From NCBI GenBank assembly GCA_000091205.1, contig AP006498.2: a DNA stretch of 64,000 nucleotides; one strand, written 5' to 3'. Below, piece after piece: positions 1 through 10,988 of the stretch. Each line of letters starts with the position of its first letter. Position 1 is the first letter of the stretch. The notes below the pieces were generated by a model that saw only the letters and a program-made list of their open reading frames with translations, made no database searches and had not been told where the DNA came from. This DNA comes from Cyanidioschyzon merolae. Taxonomy: Eukaryota. The translations under genes and the position numbers were made by a program.

Positions 1-547
1 TTCGGACTGAGTATCCTCAGAAGCGAGCGACGCTTCGCTGTGGAGCTGCTCGCACGCCATTCTATGCCATTCGTGACACAGAGCGCCACGCGTACCATCC
101 TGAATGCCCACATGAACTGCAAGGACTTGCCGGACCGTGAAATCCAGTGTAGATAGCGCCGGGCACCAGAAACGTCATATCCATTGCAACTGTCCTATCT
201 GCAAAGTAATCATAATCATGACGTAAAAAGCTGTAGGTGCGGAGCTGCAACCCTAGACGCTGCATGCGCAGGCAGACGAGACAAGTGTCCACGCGGACTC
301 CGACGAAGCTTGCTGCGTCGGGCTCTCGATCCGAGTAAACCGGATACGGCATCGTGTCGGCTCGCTTAAGTTATTTATGATCTTGGGAGCGTCACGGCTG
401 GTCTGACCTCCTACACTGCGAAGTGTGTATAGATTCGCTGTCTGGTGGACCAAGGTTTTCAGGGTTACTGCTCGGGTCGTCTGGTACACGAACGGGCTCG
501 TATCGTGGCCCAGCACTAACTTCAGCGCTGCGCCAGCATCCAGCGAT

Positions 548-2506
548 CTAGAGGACGGCATTATGAGCGCCGTCGTCGCCTACGGGCGACACTCCGCCGC
601 TGACGTTGCCGCTGATGCTCGCTGGTGTACCGGGACGGATTGCGTGATCGCCACAGTCTTCAATGCGGTTCAGGAGATCTTGAATTTCCTGCTCTTCGTA
701 TACGTGAAGACCATGCAGGGCAAGGCGCAAAAAAATCGGCAAATCTGTGCCTTCGAGCGTGCAGTAGTTCAGCAAGGCCTTGCCGCTGACCTGCAGCGCT
801 CGACACAGCCGGACGCTGATGCTACCCAGCAGCTGAGCGGCTGTTTCCGCCTTGATGTCTGCCAGGTTCCGAATGCTTTCTCGCATGTCCGATGGCAGGT
901 AATAAAAGCAAACATTCGTCGCAGGATAAGACCGATCAAGCGGCCAGTGTACCAGGAGGAAGCACGGTCGCTTCGCCATGGCCTCAGCAATAGCGCGTGC
1001 GTTGCGAGCAGCGGCTTCCACGCGGGCCCCGAAACCAGCACTGCCACGCCACATCCACATCAGCCAGAACTTGAGCGCATCAGAGCGGCGGCTACACGTC
1101 AGCGTCATGTCGCCAATATCGTACTGCGCATCGGTATCGAGGTCGTCGTGAAACAGATACGGTGCTCGCGCAGCGTGCGCGGCCTGAAGCAAACCGCGCT
1201 CCCGAACTAACAGAATCGAGCACTGCAGCGGTGCATTGAGTAGCTTATGAGCATTCAGCACAAACGAATTTGCGTATTTTTCAAGCCCAGCCAGCGCCAC
1301 CGGACGAAATCTCTCCGAAAATAAGAAAGAGCCGCCTAAGGCTCCGTCCACGTGCACCCAAAACGTCGGCTGAGGCAAGCGCTCCCGAATCATGGTGTCT
1401 GCCTCAAGGCGCTGTTCCAGCTCTGCTGACGCTGACTCTACGGAATTCAATGGAAATGCCTCTGCCAGAACTGTCCAGATTTCGGGCAGAGGGTCGAACG
1501 CACTCAAAACAGTCGTACCCGCTGTCACGTTCACGAATACGCTGGAAAGCGGCCGGGTGTTGCGAAAGCAGTGAATGAGTCGACGCAACGCCTCCGGGTC
1601 CATGCGGCCTTGCTCGTCACAGGGCACCAGCACGACATCCGAGCAGTCCTCACCGGGTGCATCACAGAACCCGAGCATGGCCGCATTCCGTCGAACGCTG
1701 TAGTGGCCTTGGACCGACGTGAAGATCCCCATTCGCCGCTCGTTGCAGTGATGGCGCTGGGTACGCTTTGTCTGCGGTCGCCTGGCATTCATTTGAAACA
1801 CGTGGCGCGCTGTCGTCAGTGCAATAAGGTTCGCATAGCTGCCGCCAGGACAGAAGATACCATCACCCTGCAGCGGTGTCTTCCAGCCGATGCACGAACT
1901 CAGCGCTTCAATAACCCGTCGTTCGAGAAGCACCAGATACGGCGCAGCGGAAAACGTATCCGCAGAGTTGTTTAACACCGAGCAGATGAGGTCAGCTATT
2001 TGTCCTACTGGATCCGAGCCGCCGTAGAGACGGTGCAAAAAGAAGGCGTGCTTCGTCCGTACCGAATACCGAAGAAGGTCTTCGAGAAACTGTTCCAGCA
2101 AGTCGCGCGAACCTGCACTCTCCCCGCTGATAACACATTGTACATAGTGATCAAGCTGTCGCCAAATAGCACTTGGTGGTACGTACACGAGCGGCAACTG
2201 CGCCTCGGGTGTCCGTTCCACACCATTTTCACTGCCCGCGTCGCTTGACGTGCAGAGTCCCAGTTTTCGCTCGACGATCCCGAGCAGTTCCTGGAGCTCT
2301 CGCGCAAACTCTATCTCACCCCCAAAACCCACTTCTTTTAGTTTGTTGGTCGCACTACCGGGAGCATTCCGGGTTTCCATACGGTGAGCAGCTCCGAGCG
2401 GAGCCTCTGGAGACTCGGCATCCCGACGCGAATGTCCGAAGCGCGCCGCTGCACGCTGGATCCTCTGCCGGCGAGGTTCGAAACATGTGGCCTTTTCGGT
2501 GCTCAT
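548..2506 (-). CDS. Pyridoxal-phosphate-dependent group II decarboxylase (glutamate / cysteine-sulfinate decarboxylase-like), 652 aa
   Basis: Single 652-aa ORF. It carries the PLP-lysine motif 'SFVLNAHKLLNAPLQCS' and the GAD/CSAD-like stretch 'HAFFLHRLYGGSDPVGQIADLICSVLNNSADTFSAAPYLVLLE' (compare HPRFFNQL...NTSxYTYEIAPVF). Length and motif order fit the Pyridoxal_deC family. Confidence 0.85.
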   Translation of the reverse strand: MSTEKATCFEPRRQRIQRAAARFGHSRRDAESPEAPLGAAHRMETRNAPGSATNKLKEVGFGGEIEFARELQELLGIVERKLGLCTSSDAGSENGVERTPEAQLPLVYVPPSAIWRQLDHYVQCVISGESAGSRDLLEQFLEDLLRYSVRTKHAFFLHRLYGGSDPVGQIADLICSVLNNSADTFSAAPYLVLLERRVIEALSSCIGWKTPLQGDGIFCPGGSYANLIALTTARHVFQMNARRPQTKRTQRHHCNERRMGIFTSVQGHYSVRRNAAMLGFCDAPGEDCSDVVLVPCDEQGRMDPEALRRLIHCFRNTRPLSSVFVNVTAGTTVLSAFDPLPEIWTVLAEAFPLNSVESASAELEQRLEADTMIRERLPQPTFWVHVDGALGGSFLFSERFRPVALAGLEKYANSFVLNAHKLLNAPLQCSILLVRERGLLQAAHAARAPYLFHDDLDTDAQYDIGDMTLTCSRRSDALKFWLMWMWRGSAGFGARVEAAARNARAIAEAMAKRPCFLLVHWPLDRSYPATNVCFYYLPSDMRESIRNLADIKAETAAQLLGSISVRLCRALQVSGKALLNYCTLEGTDLPIFLRLALHGLHVYEEQEIQDLLNRIEDCGDHAIRPGTPASISGNVSGGVSPVGDDGAHNAVL

Positions 2507-5261
2507 GTCTATTGTTTAGAGGAGCGCAATTACCCTGCTTGGCAAGTGGGGTACCAGTGCGTCTGTCCAAAAGTTGGACACGTACGCGGTGCTTGCACCG
2601 AAGCGAGAAGCAGCGTGCAGTGCTTCTACGTTGAAACGAAGAAGCGATGCCTGGCCATCGCGCACGCGGAGCGTACCCGGAACGACAGCACTCGTGCCTA
2701 CCAGCTTCCAAGGATGGACGCTGGTAGGCACGCTGCATAAGAGTGCCTTGCGTTTCCGGGGAACGTAGGTCGTTTCAGTGTAGAGGTGCTGTGGATATCG
2801 AGTGCGCTCTGGTATGGTAGAAGCCTGCCGTCTCGGGTCGCGGGAGGATCGACTCACGAGAGGCGTCTCGTTTCCGCTCGGACCAGAACTCTTTATGTAT
2901 AAAGCCTCGAGTTGGGAGAAATGTAAGAATTCCTTCAAGAAAACAGGAATTCTGGATATGCATCCGGTCCACGGGCTGCGTCTTTGATAGATACGTGCTC
3001 GCGTCGAATGCTTCGTGGTGTAGCACCCGTACGAGTCACCACTTGCCACCGGGAAACGCATGTGCTGCGGAGCGCTACAGTGCAGAACACTGGCCAAGCA
3101 CGAGCACCTCGCGAGGTGTCTGGGTCCGCGGTTGGACCGCACCGGAGCATCCTACGGTGCAGAACCTGGTACCAGCTGGTTATGCTTTCTGGAACGCGTA
3201 CTGGCGAGAAACCTTGGTAATACCTCGAATGAAGCGCACCCAGGATAGGACGCATTCGCACTCCTACCGCGTCAAATCCTAGATTGCAGGCACAAGCGAG
3301 CATGAAAACGTTGACAGATGAGGCAAAATCGAAGCAGAATCGACGTAGCCCTGAAACTCCGATTCAAATGCATGATGATGAAGCGAACTACAATGGCCTC
3401 GAGGCAGCATTGACGTCTCCGTAAAACATTTGACAAGGAATCAAGGTAGCTGCCTGGTTCATGACCTGGCGCGAGCAGAGCTCGTGCTCTGGACGCTGGT
3501 GCGTCGGATCCATCAACCGCATCAAGCGAGGCTCTGTTGCAGGAGCAGTTTGCGCGTAACATGCTTCTTGACGCTGAGGAGTCGAAGAATGTAATGGAAT
3601 GCTCCGAAATTATGCACGCGTTACCTGTAATCCGGGAAACGACCCCAGTCCGACGAAAACGCATCCACCTGCCGCTCATCGTAGTGCATGAGGCGTCCAG
3701 GGGATCATTTGGGATGCACTGGTTATACTCAGATTAGCGCATTCCGGAATACCTGTATCAGCATGCCCGCTTCGCTTTCGTATGATGCTCTCGCAGTAGT
3801 ACTCGTAAGACGCACGTTCATCCCAGTCGATTAGACTTCATTCGGCAGTAGTGGAATACATTTTCGGTGGGCAATCAAAAAGGGGCAAACCGCTGTTCGC
3901 AAAGTCGTAACAGTCAAGCATTCCGGGAACATCAACGTTCGCAGCGACGCTACCGTTTGGTCACATACAAATCATGAAACGGACGCGATCGCTCAACACA
4001 TGATCCACAGTTGAAGCACGCTTCTTGGCTTTTTATTCCCACAATCTTCGGTGCTGCTCATGGGGAACGTCGCTTTCGATCACTAAAAAGCGATAAGAGG
4101 ATGATGTGGCTGAAATAGGTACTGAGCTGCGCTGCGTGGCATCCCGTTCTAAGTGCTTCACTCCAGCCGAAGGCGTGTTCTCTATTGTGAAGAGCCACGC
4201 TGGCACTTACCGGTCCATAGATGCGTCGCTCGTTCCTATGACACCAAAGTCTTTCGACAGGCGCTTCTCTAACGTCACCAATCCTAAACCGCTGTATTGC
4301 TTCGCTGCGAATGCGCGGGAGTGAGCGGAAAACGCGCTCCGGTCCGTGGGCATGCTCGCGACCGCGAGGGTGACGAAAAGATACTTGAGGAAACGGAGAT
4401 CCATAGATAGATATGACGAGTCTCAGACCTATAGTCGAATCTGTTCGTCTGAATGCCGAGTAGAAAGCGGGTAAAGCGCAAAGCGATTACGTTCCTATCA
4501 CTCCTTCAAGTCAAGGTGGCAGAGGAGAGGGAGTCGGTCTCTGCTAACGAGCATGCAGCATTCGAACAGCTTCACGAGGACCGTAGGCGGAGCTCTTTCC
4601 AGGTTCCGCTTTAACAAGCAGGAAGTGCAATGAAGTTTCCAGAAACAACGGAGACCAGTAGACTGTCATTATGCACGCACTCTGTGAAACCCAGGCCGGG
4701 TCGAGCAACGAGACTCATGATCAGCCGCTCACGGTATATGAATCCGACGAATATCTAATGGAATGGATCTCGTGTTGGAGAACATCATGCCCGTAGCCGT
4801 ACCTCAAGGACGAGACGCCGGAGCCAGAGACCTGAACGGAGAGCAGATGAAGCTGCTCAAATATCCCAGGGCTCGGGATCGTCAGGAGTTGGACACAATG
4901 AAAAGCCACGAGGCATACCAAAAAGAGGAACAACTAGGTCAAGAGCCTCCCCGACGCTCCGAGCACCATACGGAGCAGATACGGAAGCTAGATACGCTTC
5001 ATTCAGAGCGAGTAAGTGAGCGCCCAAATGGCTCATGCGGACTATCTTTGGCAAGCGTACATGGGATCGCGCTGGGCTCGCCAACGGTTTCGTTTCGAAG
5101 GGGCTGCACGGGGAGCGTATTCACCATTTCTTCGATGAGTTGCGAAAGAATATGACCAACGAGTTGCGTCGTTTGGAGGTAGCCTGCAGCGCTTGACACG
5201 CTGGAGGTTACAAAGCCTGGAATCCTGTGCTCCTTCGACGCGCGCGTGCAACGCGTGCAGG

Positions 5262-5750
5262 AAACGTTTCTGGACGATTTCCATCAATGCATTCAGGAGG
5301 ATAAACGGGCATCACAAACATGGATGCTCGCTGCAAATCGTACAAAAGTAGCGTTTGGTATCCTGTACGATTTCCATCAATGCATTCAGGAGGATAAACG
5401 GGCATCACAAACATGGATGCTCGCTGCAAATCGTACAAAAGTAGCGTTTGGTATTCTGTACGATTTCCATCAATGCATTCAGGAGGATAAACGGGCATCA
5501 CAAACATGGATGCTCGCTGCAAATCGTACAAAAGTAGCGTTTGGTATTCTGTACGATTTCCATCAATGCATTCAGGAGGATAAACGGGCATCACAAACAT
5601 GGATGCTCGCTGCAAATCGTACAAAAGTAGCGTTTGGTATTCTGTACGATTTCCATCAATGCATTCAGGAGGATAAACGGGCATCACAAACATGGATGCT
5701 CGCTGCAAATCGTACAAACCTAGCGTTTGGTATCAAGCTGAATGCACTTT
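5262..5750. repeat. Tandem array of five ~93-bp units, nearly identical (unit starts 5276, 5369, 5462, 5555, 5648)
   Basis: Direct read: 'gatttccatcaatgcattcaggaggataaacgggcatcacaaacatggatgctcgctgcaaatcgtacaaaagtagcgtttggtat(c/t)ctgtac' repeated 5 times with 1-2 substitutions. The last unit degenerates ('aacctagcgtttggtatcaagctg'). The unit is 31 codons, so frames stay open on both strands. Confidence 0.95.
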
Positions 5751-6299
5751 TTAGAGTACCTTGGGCTGGTTGGGTGTCAGATTCCTAAACAGTAGACGAT
5801 GAGACGCGAGCGCAAGCTGCACCAGGATTTCACAGCCTCGATCTACATCCGGAAACGTCTCGTGCTTCCGCAACGTGCATCGACTTTGTGTCCAGCGAAT
5901 ACTTGCGTGCATCCTCTAGGACTCAGTTAAGGTTCTGTGGTGAAACGCTGCACACTTTCCATGAAAAACATCAGTGCACAGAAAAAGGAGCATCGGATTC
6001 GTGCCTGGAACTCTGTCCCGGCCTACGATATGAACAGCCATCACAGCGAAGCTCCAGCACCGTACGTACACACAGGGAACGAATTCACTTGACACTTGGT
6101 GAACGATCATGGTACTCCATCGCTCGATGCGACTGAGCATCGCGAAGATTGATCGTATACCTCCGGAGCAAGTCCGGAGATCGACGACATCGCGACTTGA
6201 CGGCGTCTGGACGCCATCCAGCGCTGAGCACGATCCGCAGGAAGCGATGGCTTCTGAATAAGGCCGCTAGGAACAAGACTCGTTCGCCTCGGTAGCTAG

Positions 6300-6316
6300 G
6301 TGTGTGTGTGTGTGTG
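6300..6316. repeat. (GT)8 microsatellite
   Basis: Direct read: 'gtgtgtgtgtgtgtgtg'. Confidence 0.9.
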
Positions 6317-6434
6317 CGGAGTCGACCTGCACCGCACCGTGTTACTCTGGTTGACACGATAGTGCAGTTCGTACAGTATTCGAAGCGTTTCTTCAGTTCG
6401 AACTTTGTCAGCGCCAAACGATAACGGAAACTGA

Positions 6435-7598
6435 GTGCCGCGAACGCACTGCTGCGCACGAGCGTCACACTCTCCGCTCTCCATGTTTGATGCGTTTGAA
6501 GCCGACGACCTGCAGCAGTGGGGGTATGCGCAAGCTACCCTGAAGCCGCTCGCTTCCCGGTTCGAACATGCCACCAGTCTGCCGGTCGTTGTGGTCACAG
6601 GAACGACCACTGGCATAGGGCTGCACACTGCCGCTATGCTGGCGGCGAGCGGCCTCTTCCGGGTCATCGCGACCATGCGACCGTCAAGTCTACCTACGGG
6701 AGAGCCGCGTCTGCGCGAGCTAGTTCAGCGATACACAGAAAGCGGAAATACCGTGACGACGACGACGACGACGAGGAAAGTAGCCTCAGCAGATGCACTC
6801 CGAGTATGCGCGTTGGACGTCACCTCGGAGGCGTCATGGAAGGCGCTCGCTACCCAGTTACCCGGCCCTGAGCGACGTGTGGATGTTCTGATCAACAATG
6901 CGGGTTACGGTGTGTCGGGATCGACAGAACAGGTTACGGTCGAGCAAGCACAGCAGCTCTTTGACACCAATGTGTTTGGGGTCATGCGGGGCGTCCAGGT
7001 GCTGGCGCCCTACATGCGAGCCCAGTCAAAGAGAAACCAGGCGCAAGGTCTATACACCGTTCTGATTCAGATTAGCAGCTTGGCTGGGCTTCGAGCGGTT
7101 CCATTCAGTGACCTGTATTCGGCGAGCAAGTTCGCTCTCGAGGGTCTTACCGAGGCCATGCGGTACTCGCTGGAACCTTTCGGGATTCGCTGTATCTGTG
7201 TGAATCCGGGACCCGTACGTTCGGCGTTCAGCACTCGGTTTGGTATTGCGTCCCGCGACCGTGGCTGCCGGCAGATCCCCGACGAGGATCCACTCGTGAA
7301 ACACAAGCTAGACACGATGCACGACTTGTTCGTCAGAGACCTGGCGGAGCGGATGGCCAGTGCCGAGGTCGGACAAAGCAGTGCCCAGGTTGCAGTGAGC
7401 ATCGTACAGGCTGTGGTCGACGGCCTCAGTCTCAGTGAAGCGCCTTCGTTGCATTACGGTACCAGTCCAGTTGTTGACGAAACCATCCGTTGCCTGAGAA
7501 CAGACCCCGCAGCGCGCACCTCTGAACCGTATCGGCGATTCTGGGACGCAGTAGCACGAGCGCAAAAACAAGCCACCGATACAGCAGGAATGCCTTGA
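6435..7598 (+). CDS. Short-chain dehydrogenase/reductase (SDR) family oxidoreductase, 387 aa; start may be an internal Met (e.g. MFDAFEADD at ~6484)
   Basis: Rossmann cofactor motif 'VVVVTGTTTGIGLHTA' (TGxxxGIG), 'NNAG' motif ('LINNAGYG'), and catalytic 'YSASKFALEGLTEAMR' (YxxxK). Confidence 0.8.
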   Translation: MPRTHCCARASHSPLSMFDAFEADDLQQWGYAQATLKPLASRFEHATSLPVVVVTGTTTGIGLHTAAMLAASGLFRVIATMRPSSLPTGEPRLRELVQRYTESGNTVTTTTTTRKVASADALRVCALDVTSEASWKALATQLPGPERRVDVLINNAGYGVSGSTEQVTVEQAQQLFDTNVFGVMRGVQVLAPYMRAQSKRNQAQGLYTVLIQISSLAGLRAVPFSDLYSASKFALEGLTEAMRYSLEPFGIRCICVNPGPVRSAFSTRFGIASRDRGCRQIPDEDPLVKHKLDTMHDLFVRDLAERMASAEVGQSSAQVAVSIVQAVVDGLSLSEAPSLHYGTSPVVDETIRCLRTDPAARTSEPYRRFWDAVARAQKQATDTAGMP

Positions 7599-9469
7599 GG
7601 CATGATCTCCTCTAGCCGACAGCGAATAAGCGATTGCATCGATTGCAGGGTGACGTTCCTGGTGCGATACGAGAAAAAGACTTCATGCCTTGTATCCTGA
7701 TGCTGGTGCGGAAGCACGTGTTCCGCATCTCGATTCGTATGGTGCAGGATCGCGGTCCTTGCATCGATCTCTTAAAACACATATGCGTAGCCGGATATCC
7801 TAGCAAGAGAGTCAGGTTCCGCCGGGTTTCTTGCACAGTACCGGAACGCTGCATCGACCTAGATACCCGACATGGCATCCGTACATTCGAGTTACCGGGC
7901 GAGCGTACTTGATCCTTGCGTGGACATTTCCGATTTCCATGAAATCCTTAATGTTTCATAAAAAGCACGTTATCTTGTATTCTCTGTGATTTTGGTGCGC
8001 GTTTTTGCGCAGCTCAGTCGAGATGAGGTGCGCTGTATCGCGCGTACCGCATAGATCCTCATTCCAATCATCGGCATGGTTTTCCGCATCCAAGATATCT
8101 TCGCCATGCACCTAGTCATTCACAATCATTTCATCTGCATTGCAACGCGGTTTCACAAACAAAAACGGCTACGACAGGCATCGACCTTGTGGTGCTTCGG
8201 TACCTGCTTCGTTCAGTTTTGTGTACGCTTGGAGCATCCGCGTGTGTGTGTGTGGGAATCCACGTTTGCGAAAACCACCGCTGCGATGCAACTCGCCGGT
8301 AAATACAACCACGCGATGTGCATTGTACCGCGTTCCCAGCAAGCCTGCACCCCAGCCACTCCATAATTTGCTTCGCATGGCTGAGGAAACGCGGTTCTCG
8401 CGTCCTCGACACGCTCACATGGCGCTGAAGCGAGCAACCACCGATCGTTGCACTGTGCGGTGGATGACGTCTTCCTCTCTTTCCCCGGGAGCAGAGTCTG
8501 CGGCTACTGTTCTGGAAACAAGTCCGTCCATAACAGCAATAGTTGCCATCGGAGCCTCTCATAGCAACAGCTGTTCATGATAGCAAAGACCGGTACGCAG
8601 CCTAGCACAGACGAATCTTCTTCGGCGACTGCGGTGCTGGTCACGGAGAACGATCAACCTCGATCATGACAATCGTTTCCGATTGCATCTTGTCGATTAC
8701 CGAACCTCGTATCGCAAAAACTTCTCGTGAGGAGAATCACAGCTCAGGTCGTGCCGCTGGACACTGTATGATGCTGGGGGTGCTTTATGTTGTCTGGTAT
8801 TGCACTCACTCATCGATACGCACTGCAGGGCATGAACGCATCCACCGAAGGATGCACGATGTTTACGTCACGATTCTACAACGGTGAGTTGTTGCAACGC
8901 CTCGAGGTCTATCACGATAGCCCCGTATTTGGACATGGTCGCTATCACGTGGGCCTCTGCAGATGGTAATGCTCTGTGCTCAAAAAGCGCAACAGAGGCG
9001 TGCCTGCCGATGTCCAGGACTCGCTTCCCGAAGCGCAGCGTCGAGGCATGCAAATATCTCTTCGTCTGTGTACCTTTTTGTTCCCAGTACGGAACAACGT
9101 CATCGTCGCATTGTTCCCCAGCCAGCGGACCAAAGCCTGCTGTACCAGCGAGATTGGCGTCCGCAGGCACCCTATCCACGGATACGAAACGGAAGCGCAG
9201 GCACTCGCAGTTCTATGGTCTCTGGTGTGGAATCCTCACAACGCATGCGCTTCTCGTGGCGAGTGAATTACCGCATCGCAGCAACAGCAGCATCTACCTC
9301 GTTTGCATGTGCACTTTACGAGGAGCGTGGCAGAGGCTACCGTGCGCGTCCCGTGATCATCGCACAGCTCGCTCTCCCGAGTGATACACCCTCAGTCGCC
9401 TCAAGTCAAGCATTCTTGGGTTGTATCGGCGCCTCGACAGCGACAGCGCATATGCACACACGACCGCCA

Positions 9470-10336
9470 TCAGTCAGCGTGCTTCCTACCGGAAAAAGTC
9501 GCACGCTGACGAGCCCGATTTGCGTAGATGTAGTTGGTGAAGGATCCCTCCCAGATTGTCGCGATACGGTACATCGCAAAGAGCAGCAACGTGAGCAACA
9601 GACCCAGGGTACTGCGTTCAAAAAGCGCCTCCGCAAGGAACAGCAACGAACTCCCATCGTACATCGGATGCTCAAAATGACTGAAGGGAAACGCAGAGAC
9701 CTTGGATGGTTTCAAGATTCCGAAGTAGTCCCCTAGATACGTCCCGAAGAGACCCAGCTGAAGAAAGGACGTGGTCACCAGGACAAGCCCAGTGGCAAAC
9801 GCGGCCCAGGCGACCGCGTCTACAGCCGAGGCTATCGTTCGTGGGGTGCAGAAGCGCCACACCACCGCTGGTATAAACGCCTGTGGAAACGGAGGCAAGC
9901 GCACCGCACTGGTCTGCATTGCCTCCAGCACTACCAGATCGCGATACAAGGAAAAGCTGAATACCCAACAGGCCAGCAGCAAGCAGGCGAACCGCCGTCG
10001 ACCACGGCAGAGGCGACTCCACACGCTCGTGTAGTACTCAAGTCGGGCGAGCACGTTCCATAACAGCGGTGCTGCGATGATGTACGTAATCGCTCGGGCA
10101 CTGGCGAGATCTAGGTAAGCGCTTTGTTGAGCCAAGCGCTGGGCAACCACCTCCAGTGGTTTCCGTACGAACACTGTCCAGCGCTCGAACGCCAACGCGT
10201 ACGCTCGCAGTACGATCAGAGCCTCCTTTTCCAACTGCAGAAAGCGAGCTCCTAACGTATCCATACAAAAATCGAGTGAAGCGTTGCTTTGACACAAACT
10301 CTGGAAAATACCTGGACGACTCGCAGTGTCCAGCAA
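9470..10336 (-). CDS. PEMT: Phospholipid N-methyltransferase (PEMT/PLMT-like), multi-pass membrane protein, 288 aa
   Basis: Hydrophobic polytopic ORF. Its C-terminal region 'GTYLGDYFGILKPSKVSAFPFSHFEHPMYDGSSLLFLAEALF' has the xHPxY and SAM-binding arrangement typical of phosphatidylethanolamine N-methyltransferases. Confidence 0.65.
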   Translation of the reverse strand: MLDTASRPGIFQSLCQSNASLDFCMDTLGARFLQLEKEALIVLRAYALAFERWTVFVRKPLEVVAQRLAQQSAYLDLASARAITYIIAAPLLWNVLARLEYYTSVWSRLCRGRRRFACLLLACWVFSFSLYRDLVVLEAMQTSAVRLPPFPQAFIPAVVWRFCTPRTIASAVDAVAWAAFATGLVLVTTSFLQLGLFGTYLGDYFGILKPSKVSAFPFSHFEHPMYDGSSLLFLAEALFERSTLGLLLTLLLFAMYRIATIWEGSFTNYIYANRARQRATFSGRKHAD

Positions 10337-10856
10337 ACAAGTCTAACTGGGTTACAGGGTGTCCCAGTGGCGTCTACTCTGTACAACAGAAGCGCTGGTT
10401 TCGTGTACTCGTCGACGACGCCCCGTGGCGAGCCAAGCGATGCAGAAAATGTGTCGCTTTTCGTACATAACGCAGCTTTCTTGCGTTTTGGCGCTGGTGT
10501 TACGCAGCAGCTTCTGTGTGTGAAGGCACTGAGGTCTCGAGTCGACTAGTCTCTTCAAGCGGGTACTCGTACGTTGAGCTGCGGGTGGAGGCTGGTGTTC
10601 CACAGAGGCGTCTGTGAGGAAAAAACGCGCTTCCCTGGATACCCCGCAACACACGTGGAGCCAAAGCGCTGCGGTTCCTGTCACCCCAGACCCCTACCGT
10701 GAGAAGAGCGAGGCGAAAATTGCTGTCAAAGCTTCTCTCGCTGGGTAAAGCCTCTGACACGAACTGTCGTTCTCGCTGACAGCTTTTGGCGTCCAGTGAG
10801 CGTGCAGGCAGCACGCACGAGACGCTTTCGCAGTGAATCCTCCGCATACTCGTGCG

Positions 10857-10886
10857 GGTGGTGGTGGTGGTGGTGGTGGTGGTGGT
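10857..10886. repeat. (GGT)10 microsatellite in the PEMT / 5-oxoprolinase intergenic region
   Basis: Direct read: 'ggtggtggtggtggtggtggtggtggtggt'. It generates the spurious poly-His/Pro/Trp ORFs in this interval. Confidence 0.95.
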
Positions 10887-10988
10887 CTTCTGGAAGCGCA
10901 CTCCGCCAGCTCGCCACAGTTCTTGGAGCCAAACAAACAACATCGACGGCAATAGCTGGACCCTGGGACGTTTCCTTCACTCGTTTCC

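Noticed and set aside
425-1210. 261-aa + strand ORF antisense to the decarboxylase gene
   Set aside because: It lies entirely inside the well-supported minus-strand decarboxylase CDS. Long antisense ORFs are expected in GC-rich coding DNA, and it has no recognisable motif.
5262-5750. CRISPR-like array
   Set aside because: The units are contiguous with no unique spacers, and the context is eukaryotic nuclear DNA. It is a minisatellite, not a CRISPR.
5208-5788. 169-aa (-) and 180-aa (+) ORFs spanning the 93-bp tandem array
   Set aside because: Both are simply the stop-free 31-codon repeat unit read five times. There is no independent evidence that either is a gene, so I reported it as a repeat, not a CDS.
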